Positions 30,268 through 40,659 of a stretch of 64,000 bases of DNA are shown here, in pieces. The notes below the pieces were generated by a model. The model ran no database searches. It saw only the letters and a list, made by a program, of their open reading frames with translations, and had not been told where the DNA came from. The DNA comes from an uncultured Pseudomonadota bacterium. GTDB lineage: Bacteria > Pseudomonadota > Alphaproteobacteria > JACZXZ01. The translations under genes were made by a program, and so were the position numbers. Location: positions 1,056,001 to 1,120,000 of the forward strand of contig CAVVLJ010000017.1 in NCBI GenBank assembly GCA_963749075.1. Direction: 5' to 3'. Position 1 is the stretch's first letter; each line of letters starts with the position of its first letter.

Positions 30268-30609
30268 TCAGACCTTGAGCGCAGCCCGGGTCGCCTTGTC
30301 GAGGTGCCCGGTGGCCTTGAGGCCGTGGGCCTGCTGGTAGCTCTTGATCGCCGCGCGCGTCTTCGGGCCCCAGATACCGTCAACCGTCAGGCTGGCGCCT
30401 TCCTTGTTGAGGGCCTCCTGGACGGCTTTCAGCTTGGCGCTGCCGGCGTGGTGATGGTGGTGGTGCATCACGTGCTTCATGGGCATGGCCGGAGCTGCCG
30501 TGGCCGGAGCCGGCGTGGTCTGCGCGGCGGCGGTCAGCGGCAGAACTGTCGCAGCCCCGAACAGCAGGGCAACGGAGAGAGCTGCGAAGCGGATGGTCAA
30601 CGTCGTCAT
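30268..30609 (-). CDS. Exported peptidoglycan-binding-domain protein with His6 tract
   Basis: Signal peptide, MPMKHVMHHHHHH, VQEALN..G..VDGIWGPKTRAAIKSYQ..GL..TG (PG_binding_1 pattern). Confidence 0.85.
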   Translation of the reverse strand: MTTLTIRFAALSVALLFGAATVLPLTAAAQTTPAPATAAPAMPMKHVMHHHHHHAGSAKLKAVQEALNKEGASLTVDGIWGPKTRAAIKSYQQAHGLKATGHLDKATRAALKV

Positions 30610-30928
30610 TGTTGCGCTCCTGTGGAAACGAGGACGGTGTGTCAGGAATACTACTACCAGCAACGCCTATATTCTTACAAGCGAGTGTATGAGGAAATAT
30701 TTTTCGGTCAATCCCCTTGGCGCTTTTCTCTCTGCGATTTCGCGGGCGCCGGCCGCCGGGATGGCTGCTGCTGGACATCGGGCAGCAGAGCGTGTACGGG
30801 GCTGCCGTCGCCATGCGGTGCCGCGCCGCCGCGGGCTTCCCTGCCGAGGCAGGCGCCAAGCGCCCTGCTATGATGGCGGCAGGCAATGCCGGCACTCCAT
30901 CCGGCTGCATCTCGAAGTTGGAGGGTCC

Positions 30929-31630
30929 TTGGCCGCGACGACGAAGCTCAACGGTGCGGAGCTGACGCTCGATCCCTCGGGTGCCGTGTGGTGGCCGGAG
31001 CGCTCGACGCTCGTCTTGGCCGACCTCCATCTCGAGAGTGGTCCCGACTCCGCGAACGGCGGCCGCCTCCTGCCGCCCCACGGCGCGCGCGCGACGGTCA
31101 AGCGGCTCGCCGTCGTGCTGCGCCGCTATCGGCCCCGCCGAGTGCTGGCGCTCGGCGCCGGCTACCGGGAGGATTCGGAGCGCATCGAGGCGGCCAACCT
31201 CGCCGTGCTGGCACCGCTCACCGCCGAGCGCGAGTGGCTGTGGATCGCGGGCGACCACGATGCCCCGGCGCTTCCGGCACCCGGCGGGCCGGCGCGGGCG
31301 GAGCTCGCGCTCGAGCCCCTCGTCTTCCGCCACCGGCCGGCCGAGGGTCCTGCCGCCGGCGAGGTGTGCGGGCAGCTTCACCCAAAGGCGGCGGTGCGGG
31401 TGCGCGGCCGGCGCATCTCGGGCCGCTGTTTCGTGACCGACGGCGCCCGTCTCGTCATGCCCGCCTTCGGCGCCTATACGGGCGGCCTCGATGCGCTCGA
31501 TCCGGCGATCGCCGGTCTCTTCGAGGGCCAGGTGCGCGTCTATCTCATCGGACGCGACACCATCTACCTCTTCGCCGCGGAGCGGCTCGAGGGCGCGCGC
31601 CAGACCGCCCCGGCGGCGATTGCGCGTTGA
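30929..31630 (+). CDS. pdeM: PdeM-like metallophosphoesterase with degenerate metal motifs
   Basis: TTG start with GGAGGG RBS; LDPSGA.W, ADLHLE, LLPP, WIAGDHD, MPAFGAYTGGL. Confidence 0.78.
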   Translation: MAATTKLNGAELTLDPSGAVWWPERSTLVLADLHLESGPDSANGGRLLPPHGARATVKRLAVVLRRYRPRRVLALGAGYREDSERIEAANLAVLAPLTAEREWLWIAGDHDAPALPAPGGPARAELALEPLVFRHRPAEGPAAGEVCGQLHPKAAVRVRGRRISGRCFVTDGARLVMPAFGAYTGGLDALDPAIAGLFEGQVRVYLIGRDTIYLFAAERLEGARQTAPAAIAR

Positions 31631-31642
31631 CGAGGGCCTTCC

Positions 31643-32329
31643 TCAGCGCACCGTGGAATTGTAGCGGAAGTCGAGCAGCCGGCCCTTGCTGTCGACATAT
31701 TGCTCCCTGACGAGCAACCCGTTATCGGCGTACCACAAGTCGCGCACGAGATCACCCGAGGCGGTGACGTGGCGCGCCTGCGCGTCGGCGCCCGCCACCT
31801 CGATCGGCTCCAGGGCACCCTCGGCGAAGTGCGGGGAGAGAATTCGCCCGCTGCCAAGATCGAGCACCGGTTGCCCTTTCGTCATCTCGATCGACCATAG
31901 GGTCGAAGGCACCAGGCCGGCCGGCACCGGAATTGCCCCCGCGGGGCCGCGGACCGTCGGCCCTTGCGCCGTCTGGTCGATATCGACCTCGATGGGTTTG
32001 CCGTAGTCGTTCACGTCGGTGGTGAGCTCGGCGAGCGCGCCGTCGCGCCAAACCTCGCGCGCCCGCAGCACGTAGTCGTCCGACATGACGTAGAGATGCG
32101 GCACCGAGATCTCGATCTCGTCGTCGACCACCAGCGTCTTGCCCTGGTGGTGGAAGGTGATGAGCTCCCGGCCGACCTTGGTGCCCGCGAGGAAGACGTC
32201 CAAAGCGAGCTTGCCGTCGGCCGTATCGATGGCCTGGGCGGCAGGCGCCGACAGCAGGAAAGCGAGCGCCGCCAGGAAAACGGCAAGCCCGCGGCGTGGG
32301 GCGAAATGGCGGCGGGCGGGAATCGGCAT
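31643..32329 (-). CDS. Exported DUF6134-like protein
   Basis: Signal peptide, G..VG..LITF, AREVWRDG, PSTLW, DLWYADNG. Confidence 0.65.
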   Translation of the reverse strand: MPIPARRHFAPRRGLAVFLAALAFLLSAPAAQAIDTADGKLALDVFLAGTKVGRELITFHHQGKTLVVDDEIEISVPHLYVMSDDYVLRAREVWRDGALAELTTDVNDYGKPIEVDIDQTAQGPTVRGPAGAIPVPAGLVPSTLWSIEMTKGQPVLDLGSGRILSPHFAEGALEPIEVAGADAQARHVTASGDLVRDLWYADNGLLVREQYVDSKGRLLDFRYNSTVR

Positions 32330-32467
32330 GGCGGCCTGCGGCACCGGCTGGTCGGGCGAGTGTCCCATCGCGCGCCGGCCGAAGCAAGCTCGCCCGCCGC
32401 CGCAGCCCACGGCATTGCGCGCCAATGGCATTCCGCCGTTGAGCGCTCCGGTGTAGTCTGGGCAGCC

Positions 32468-32989
32468 ATGAAGCAAGCCACGGTCAAGACCACGCGCCGC
32501 GCGCCCGATCCCTTCGGACGCCTCCGCCACGACCACAAGGATTGCCTGGCCCAGGCGCTGCGCACGGCGGAGCGGCTGTGCGCGCTCCGCGGCGCGCGGC
32601 TCACCACGTTGCGCCGGCGCGTGCTCGAGCTCATCTGGCGCAGCCACGACCCGGTGGGCGCCTATGCCATCCTCGATGCCTTGCGCGGCGATGGACGCGC
32701 GGCGGCGCCGCCCACGGTCTACCGCGCGCTCGAGTTCCTCTCCGAGCAGGGCCTCGTCCACCGCATCGAGTCGCGCAACGCCTATCTCGGTTGCGCCGAT
32801 CCCGAGCATGCCCACGCCAGCCAGTTCCTCATCTGCGCGCGCTGCGGTGCCGCCTCCGAGCTCCATGACGACCGCGTCCAGGGCGCCATCGGCGAGAGCG
32901 CGCACGCCATCGGCTTCCGCGTGCAGCACCTCATGGTCGAGGTGATCGGGCTCTGCCCGACCTGCGCCCGCGAGGTGGCAGCCGCCTGA
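32468..32989 (+). CDS. zur: Fur-family regulator, Zur-like
   Basis: HDHKDC, LTTLRRRVL, APPTVYRALEFL, HRIESRNAY, CARC and CPTC. Confidence 0.82.
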   Translation: MKQATVKTTRRAPDPFGRLRHDHKDCLAQALRTAERLCALRGARLTTLRRRVLELIWRSHDPVGAYAILDALRGDGRAAAPPTVYRALEFLSEQGLVHRIESRNAYLGCADPEHAHASQFLICARCGAASELHDDRVQGAIGESAHAIGFRVQHLMVEVIGLCPTCAREVAAA

Positions 32990-32994
32990 GCCGC

Positions 32995-34071
32995 TCAGCC
33001 GACCGGCCGCACGGCACCCTTGAGCTCGTGCGCCGTCCACAAGGCCAAGGTGAAGAGCGTCAGGGCGCCAGCCTGATGGCAGGCCGCGAGCGGGATCGGC
33101 ACCACGAGGAGAAGGGTGGCAATGCCGAGGCCGAGCTGGACCACCACCATGACGGCGAGGAGGTTCGCCGCGAGGAGCGCTGGCGGGGCGAGCGCAAGCC
33201 CGCGGAGCGACAGGCGGAAGAGGAGGACGAGGGCGAGCGTCGTGACGGCGAGGAGGCGGTGGTCGAACTGCACCGTTGTCACGTCCGCAAAGGGATCGGC
33301 ATACCAGGGCCGTGCCGCGAAGAGCCCGGCCGGCAGCAGCCTGCCGTCCATGAGGGGAAAGCTGTTGTAGATGAGGCCGGCATGGAGGCCGGCGACGAAG
33401 GCGCCCGAGAGCGCCACGAGGAAGACCCACCCCGCGAGTGCCAGGGCGCGCGCCGAGGCGCGCGAGAGTGCAGCACCGGCCGGCGGGCGCACGCGGGGGG
33501 ACAGGAGCCCGAACGCCAGGAGGAGCATATAGCCATAGATGACGAGCGCCGCCGCGAGATGGGCGGCGAGGCGGTATTGGCTCACCGACGGGCGCTCGGC
33601 CAAGCCGCTCTTCACCATGAACCAGCCGAGCGCGCCCTGGAGCGCCCCCAGAAGGAAGAGGACCGCGAGCCGCGGCGCGAGTTTGCGCTCGATGCGGCCG
33701 GAGAGGGCGAAATAGAGGAAGGGCAGGAGAAAGACGGCGCCGATGAGGCGGCCCAGGAGGCGGTGGACGTATTCCCACCAGTAGATGGATTTGAAGGCGG
33801 CGAGGGTCATGCCCTCGTTCTCGAGGCGATACTGCGGCGTCGCCTTGTAAAGGTCGAATTGGCTCTGCCAGGCCTCGGGCGTGAGCGGCGGCAGCGCTCC
33901 CACGATGGGGTCCCACACCGCGATCGACAGGCCCGAGTGGGTGAGCCGCGTGATGCCGCCGATCACCACCATGGCGAAGACCATGGCGCAGCAGAGCAGC
34001 AGCCAGTAGGCGACCGCCCGGTCCGCGGTGGGACGGCGCATCGAGGCCACGGTCAACCCGGTTTGCGACAT
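32995..34071 (-). CDS. ctaA: Heme A synthase (COX15/CtaA)
   Basis: GGITRLTHSGLSI, WEYVHRLLGR, YRLAAHL, VQFDHR, HQ. Confidence 0.93.
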   Translation of the reverse strand: MSQTGLTVASMRRPTADRAVAYWLLLCCAMVFAMVVIGGITRLTHSGLSIAVWDPIVGALPPLTPEAWQSQFDLYKATPQYRLENEGMTLAAFKSIYWWEYVHRLLGRLIGAVFLLPFLYFALSGRIERKLAPRLAVLFLLGALQGALGWFMVKSGLAERPSVSQYRLAAHLAAALVIYGYMLLLAFGLLSPRVRPPAGAALSRASARALALAGWVFLVALSGAFVAGLHAGLIYNSFPLMDGRLLPAGLFAARPWYADPFADVTTVQFDHRLLAVTTLALVLLFRLSLRGLALAPPALLAANLLAVMVVVQLGLGIATLLLVVPIPLAACHQAGALTLFTLALWTAHELKGAVRPVG

Positions 34072-34267
34072 GCGGAAGAGAGTGCCGGCCCTGAGGCAAG
34101 CCCGCAAGGGCCTCGGTCGACAGGGCCTCGGTTGATCGGTCGCCGCAACTGGATCATGATTGAAAGCACACCAGCCCATCAGCTTGCGGGCACGAAAATA
34201 CGGCCACTCGGTTGTCTCGACGCAATCAATATCCGGATTGCGCTGACATGGCATTGCTGGGGACCGA

Positions 34268-35608
34268 ATGATGTCCGAAGATTTCCTGGAACATGGCGGC
34301 TCCGATGATCGAAGTGTCATCGACGTTGTCGAGAGGACGCTGGGCACGACCCTGGAAGACTGGTCACGCTCAGGATACAAGATGACCCCGGACCTCTTTC
34401 TCGAGCTCCACGGCAAGGTAAGCGGGTATTACCGAGCAAACAAAATTCCAAGGAAGCCGTTAGACGAGCTGCGGCCGGGCATATTCGGCGGGTACAACGT
34501 CGGGTTCAGGTACCCGGTCGGCACGGCCCTCGAGACGATTGCGGCGATGGTGGTCAAGGCGAAGACGCACGAGCTTAAGCGGCTCCTGCTGTATAGCGAC
34601 CGGGTGGTCGTGCCCGACCCCTTGCTGATGTGGCGCCCGCGAATTCCTGATCAAGGCGACCCCGGGGCGCAGCATGACCCGCCTCATAAGCTGCCGACCG
34701 ACCTGCAGCGGGCGGTTGCGTCTGAGTATGAGCTCCCGCCATCGTCGATTATGGAAGATATGGAGCTATATTGGCCCTCCGCGTTCTTCTTTTATTCTCA
34801 ATACAAGAACCTGATTTGCCGCCGTTACGTCTTGCCCGTCGACGGCGGCGCATTACTAGACGGCTCATTACGAAACGCGGCTGCCGCCGGTCAAATCGAT
34901 CTGGAACAACCGTTGCGCAAGATTTTTGCAGAGCAAAAAGTTTTTGGCGTGTTCGACGAGTTCGCAACCTATGCGACTCACGCACTCACTCAAGTGGCCC
35001 ACAAGGATAAGTTTGGCGGCATGGTCGATCCATTCTTCGTCGCACCGGAAGTGTGCGATGCCTATGCCCTGATCCTTCGCCACGCCCTCAGGGCCGTGCC
35101 GGGCTCGACTAGGCGCGACCACCTTACGAACGCGTACCTCAGCAATGACGGGTCGATCGACGCTTCCAAGCTATCCGAGGAGGACGTGCTGCGAATGCGC
35201 GAAAGCGAAGAGTTGTTCCAGATCTGGCGGAGCATCGTGCAGGATGTCCTGGGCACGCTTTATCGCAAGGAGCCCGAGTGGGAGCTCCGCGATCGCGGCA
35301 GCGATGTGGTGCGGCTGCTGAAGGAACAGAAACGGCGGTGGCGATCGGACTTCACGCGGCTGGTGGGCAAGAGTTCCGTCCTGGAGGGCGTGTTTGACAA
35401 GACGACCGTATCGCTCGGGATCATGACCGGGGGGCTTGCCTCCTATAGCGGCGCCGGGATCGCTGAAATTCTCGCCACGGCCGGGGCCGGGGGAGCGCTG
35501 GCGCCGTTGCTCAGTCTGCTATTCAATTCGCTCACTCATTTGACGCATGGGCCGATTCGACGCAGCCTCGACCATCACTTCATGGCTCTCGGGGAACGAG
35601 GGTCCTAG
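34268..35608 (+). CDS. Hypothetical protein with C-terminal hydrophobic hairpin, lower GC than its neighbours
   Basis: 446-aa ORF filling the ctaA-usg gap, normal protein composition, many A/T-ending codons. Confidence 0.75.
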   Translation: MMSEDFLEHGGSDDRSVIDVVERTLGTTLEDWSRSGYKMTPDLFLELHGKVSGYYRANKIPRKPLDELRPGIFGGYNVGFRYPVGTALETIAAMVVKAKTHELKRLLLYSDRVVVPDPLLMWRPRIPDQGDPGAQHDPPHKLPTDLQRAVASEYELPPSSIMEDMELYWPSAFFFYSQYKNLICRRYVLPVDGGALLDGSLRNAAAAGQIDLEQPLRKIFAEQKVFGVFDEFATYATHALTQVAHKDKFGGMVDPFFVAPEVCDAYALILRHALRAVPGSTRRDHLTNAYLSNDGSIDASKLSEEDVLRMRESEELFQIWRSIVQDVLGTLYRKEPEWELRDRGSDVVRLLKEQKRRWRSDFTRLVGKSSVLEGVFDKTTVSLGIMTGGLASYSGAGIAEILATAGAGGALAPLLSLLFNSLTHLTHGPIRRSLDHHFMALGERGS

Positions 35609-35716
35609 CCACCCAAGTCGGAGTCGTTCGCGAGCGAGAGACTACATGGATCGCAGACCCATCATTTATTCCGGCGGGCGCGCCATGCCAGCGGCTGCGA
35701 GGGGACCGCGCGCTGC

Positions 35717-35983
35717 CTAGTGGAATCTCCAAACCCCATCCACGCGGCGGATTTCCGCCGGGCCCGCGATGTCCCTGGCCGATATCTCGACGGAATGTAT
35801 CGGACCCTCGAGTCGCTCGTCCCAGAAACGCAAGAATGTTTTGAGAAATGGATAGTCGGGCGGGTAGTCATACAGTTGGTGGAGGAAGCTTTGCAGCAGC
35901 GCCGGATGGTCCGGCATCCGGTAATAGATCAGGGCATTTACGAGTCGCCAGCACCTAAGCCCCGGAATCAAATTGCATTTCAT
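35717..35983 (-). CDS. usg: Usg-family protein
   Basis: IYYRMPDHP.LLQ, FL.FW...LEGPIHSV, AEIR.VDG...H. Confidence 0.85.
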   Translation of the reverse strand: MKCNLIPGLRCWRLVNALIYYRMPDHPALLQSFLHQLYDYPPDYPFLKTFLRFWDERLEGPIHSVEISARDIAGPAEIRRVDGVWRFH

Positions 35984-36329
35984 GTCAGTTCCTCCTCACG
36001 GGTTCGGCGATCCATGTTACGACCGAGACCGGGTGCAAATTCCGCTCTTGCGCGCGCGTCCGCCGGAAAGGCCTGCCGACACGCCCGGCAAGCGGCCCTG
36101 TCCGGCGAGTGCGCCTGGGAGTCAATGCGGAAACAGGCATGGACGCCACCGGCCGGCAATTGCGCCCCTGGCTTCTGCGCCCCTTAGTATTGTTCCCAGG
36201 AGAACGCGCGCGCAAATGAAAAATTCAATCTATTCAATATTTTAGCAGCATGTCCCGCAGACTGCTGCCAGCGTGGGCGCTGCGACTCGGGGGTCGCCGA
36301 GCGACCGCGGCACCTAGCGTGCCAAATGA

Positions 36330-36356
36330 CTGGCACTCTCCGCATGGGAGTGCTAA
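36330..36356. promoter_or_regulatory. CIRCE element (HrcA operator)
   Basis: CTGGCACTC-N9-GAGTGCTAA versus consensus TTAGCACTC-N9-GAGTGCTAA, upstream of groES. Confidence 0.85.
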
Positions 36357-36408
36357 CAATGGCCCCAGCAGAGGCCTTCCCATCAGATAAAGCCACGGAG
36401 GAATCGAC

Positions 36409-38383
<1,975 letters not shown>

Positions 38384-38429
38384 GCCGCGGCACGCGCGTC
38401 GCCTCAGCAAGAAACGCCTGAGCAAGATT

Positions 38430-38466
38430 GGGGGCCGCTCCGCGAAGGGGCGGCCCCTTCCTCTTG
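38430..38466 (+). terminator. Terminator hairpin after groEL
   Basis: GGGGCCGCTCC-GCGAA-GGGGCGGCCCC followed by TTCCTCTT. Confidence 0.6.
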
Positions 38467-38525
38467 CGCGACGCTCGCGTGCCTGGAGCGCTTCCCGATC
38501 GCGCGGGAGCGGGAAGCGCGCCGGA

Positions 38526-39419
38526 TCATCCGGCTCGGCGGGCCAATCCCGCCGCGCCCGGGACCCTGATCGCGGCCCAGCGGCCAGGCGACATGCCGTA
38601 GGCCTTCTTGAAGTGGCGCGTCATGTGACTTTGGTCCGCAAATCCGCACGAGAGCGCGGCGTCGGCCAGCGCTGCGCCGCGCCGGATGAGAGAGCGCACC
38701 CGGTCGAGGCGCCGCATGACGAGATACCGGTAGGGGCTTGTGCCCAGGCACGCCCGGAAATGCCGGGCCACGGCATAGCGCGAGAGTCCCGCAACCGCTT
38801 CCAACTCTGCCGAGCTGACGACCTTCCTGACATTGGCATCGAGGAAGTCGCGCACCTTGCCGACGGCGCGCCAGTGCCGTGCCGACAGCTTCCGTCGAGC
38901 GACGGACGGGTCGCTCTCCGCCAGGGCTTCCGCGAGATCGAGAATGATCTGGTCGCGGTGCAACTCCTCCAACGCCCGGCCGAGGTCGTCGAGTGCCGGC
39001 ATGATGGCGGCAGCGAGGCGTCCATTGCTCGATACGGCCTCGCGCACGAACGGAAGGGGGCAGCGCGCCTCGCTCAACGCCTCGCGAATGGCGCGGGGCT
39101 CGACGTAGAGGATCTTGTAGCGAAAGCCCGCGCTGGTCCCGGCGTGACCGTCATGGATCTCGTCCGGGTGAAGCACGAACACCTGGCCGGGCACGCTGTG
39201 CTGCGCCGCACCTCTGTAGCGGAAGGATTGCACGCCATCGAGCGTGACGCCGACGGCATAGGTATCGTGCCGGTGCGGATCGAAGGCGTGCCCCGCAAAG
39301 AAGGCTTCGCTGCGCTCGAATCCCCGACATGAGGGTGCCGAGCGGATCCAGTCGGCGGGCGCCACCCCGCACGATCGTTCAAGACGCGCCGCGGCACTTT
39401 CGTTCATAAGAGACGCCAT
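38526..39419 (-). CDS. AraC-family transcriptional regulator
   Basis: HRHDTY cupin, PDEIHDG, GFADQSHMTRHFK; start may be 39407. Confidence 0.9.
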   Translation of the reverse strand: MASLMNESAAARLERSCGVAPADWIRSAPSCRGFERSEAFFAGHAFDPHRHDTYAVGVTLDGVQSFRYRGAAQHSVPGQVFVLHPDEIHDGHAGTSAGFRYKILYVEPRAIREALSEARCPLPFVREAVSSNGRLAAAIMPALDDLGRALEELHRDQIILDLAEALAESDPSVARRKLSARHWRAVGKVRDFLDANVRKVVSSAELEAVAGLSRYAVARHFRACLGTSPYRYLVMRRLDRVRSLIRRGAALADAALSCGFADQSHMTRHFKKAYGMSPGRWAAIRVPGAAGLARRAG

Positions 39420-39470
39420 GCGCTTTTATAGCGGAAACGCTGGCCTTGCGCGACGTGGAGGTCGCTTGAC

Positions 39471-40064
39471 GTGGATGGGGTGCTTGGCTTCGTTTTGGCC
39501 GGATTCGCACTGGCCGGCAGCCCCGGCCCGGCCACGCTGAGCCTTGCCGCCACCGGTGCCGCGTTCGGCGCCCGTCGCGGTCTCGGCTATATGAGCGGGA
39601 TCGTCATCGGCATGGCGGTCGTGATGGGGCTCGTGGCGGCCGGCGTGGTGGGCGTTCTTCTCGCACTGCCCGGCGCCAAGCCCGTCGTTGCCGGCATGGC
39701 CGCCGCATACTTTGTCTATCTCGCCTTCCGCATCGCCACTGCGCCGCCCTTGGCCGAGCGCAGCGGCCAGCATCGCCAGCCGTCGTTCGCCGGCGGCGTA
39801 TTTCTGTCGCTCGTCAATCCCAAGGGCTACGCCGCCATGGCGGCCCTGTTCTCCGGCTTCGTGCTGGTACGGGAGCGTCTCGCACTGGACGCCGCGGCGA
39901 AGGCGATCGTGCTGGTGGCGATCATCACCGCGGTCAACGTGGCATGGCTCTTCGCCGGAGCGGCGCTCACGCGGTTCTTTCGAGAGCCCCGGACCAACCG
40001 GGCCATAAACGTGATCTTTGCCGTCCTGCTCGTCGCGTCCGTCGCCTTCGCGCTGTCGTTCTGA
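39471..40064 (+). CDS. LysE-family translocator
   Basis: SPGP motif, NPK motif, hydrophobic; divergent from the AraC gene. Confidence 0.88.
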   Translation: MDGVLGFVLAGFALAGSPGPATLSLAATGAAFGARRGLGYMSGIVIGMAVVMGLVAAGVVGVLLALPGAKPVVAGMAAAYFVYLAFRIATAPPLAERSGQHRQPSFAGGVFLSLVNPKGYAAMAALFSGFVLVRERLALDAAAKAIVLVAIITAVNVAWLFAGAALTRFFREPRTNRAINVIFAVLLVASVAFALSF

Positions 40065-40183
40065 GCCCTTGCCACCGCCAATGCCGGCCGCTGGTCCTAT
40101 GCTCCACGTCCGCTTCGAGATTGCCGCCCGTTGACCCCGCTGCCGCGGATCGCCGCGCGGTGTCGCTCCCAACGGTTCGCGCG

Positions 40184-40603
40184 CTAAAGCGTCGCGTGCC
40201 GCGCGCGCGCGGCGCGCTCGATGGCGGCGGCGGCGAGGGGGTCGATCTCGAGGCGGTCGCCCAGCATCTCGAGCAGCCTCAGCGCCTCCTGGCTTGCCCT
40301 GCCGTCGGAGGCGACCACGTCGCAGGCGAGCGCATAGGCGGTCTCGCGCAAGCTCCCCGGCAAGACGCGCTTGATCTCGCCGAGCACGCGCTCGAGCCCG
40401 TTGTCGTCGGTCAGGAGGCCGGCGCAGCCGCGCGCCACCTCGGGCAGCCGGGCGGAGTCGAAATCCTTGAAGACCGGCAGATAGTTGACCATCTCGCCGA
40501 TGGTGCGCAGCTCTGCGTCGGTCATGTCCTGGTCGGCCGCCGAGGCCAGCACCATGGCATAGATGAGCGCGTCGTGGTGGTTGATCTCGCCGTGATAGGC
40601 CAT
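40184..40603 (-). CDS. TerB-family protein
   Basis: ALIYAMV.ASAAD..MTDAE, LRETAYALACDV, AAAIERAARAR. Confidence 0.82.
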   Translation of the reverse strand: MAYHGEINHHDALIYAMVLASAADQDMTDAELRTIGEMVNYLPVFKDFDSARLPEVARGCAGLLTDDNGLERVLGEIKRVLPGSLRETAYALACDVVASDGRASQEALRLLEMLGDRLEIDPLAAAAIERAARARHATL

Positions 40604-40659
40604 AAGGCACCTCTTGCCCGCGTTGGCTCTGACTTAAGACAGAGCGCCCTGCGCCCCCG

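Noticed and set aside
31643-34099. 818-aa minus-strand ORF
   Set aside because: Only the last 228 aa look like protein; the rest shadows ctaA and is antisense to zur
38400-38427. Short direct repeat CGCCT(C/G)AGCAAGA after groEL
   Set aside because: Only two adjacent copies, with no element or partner att site found
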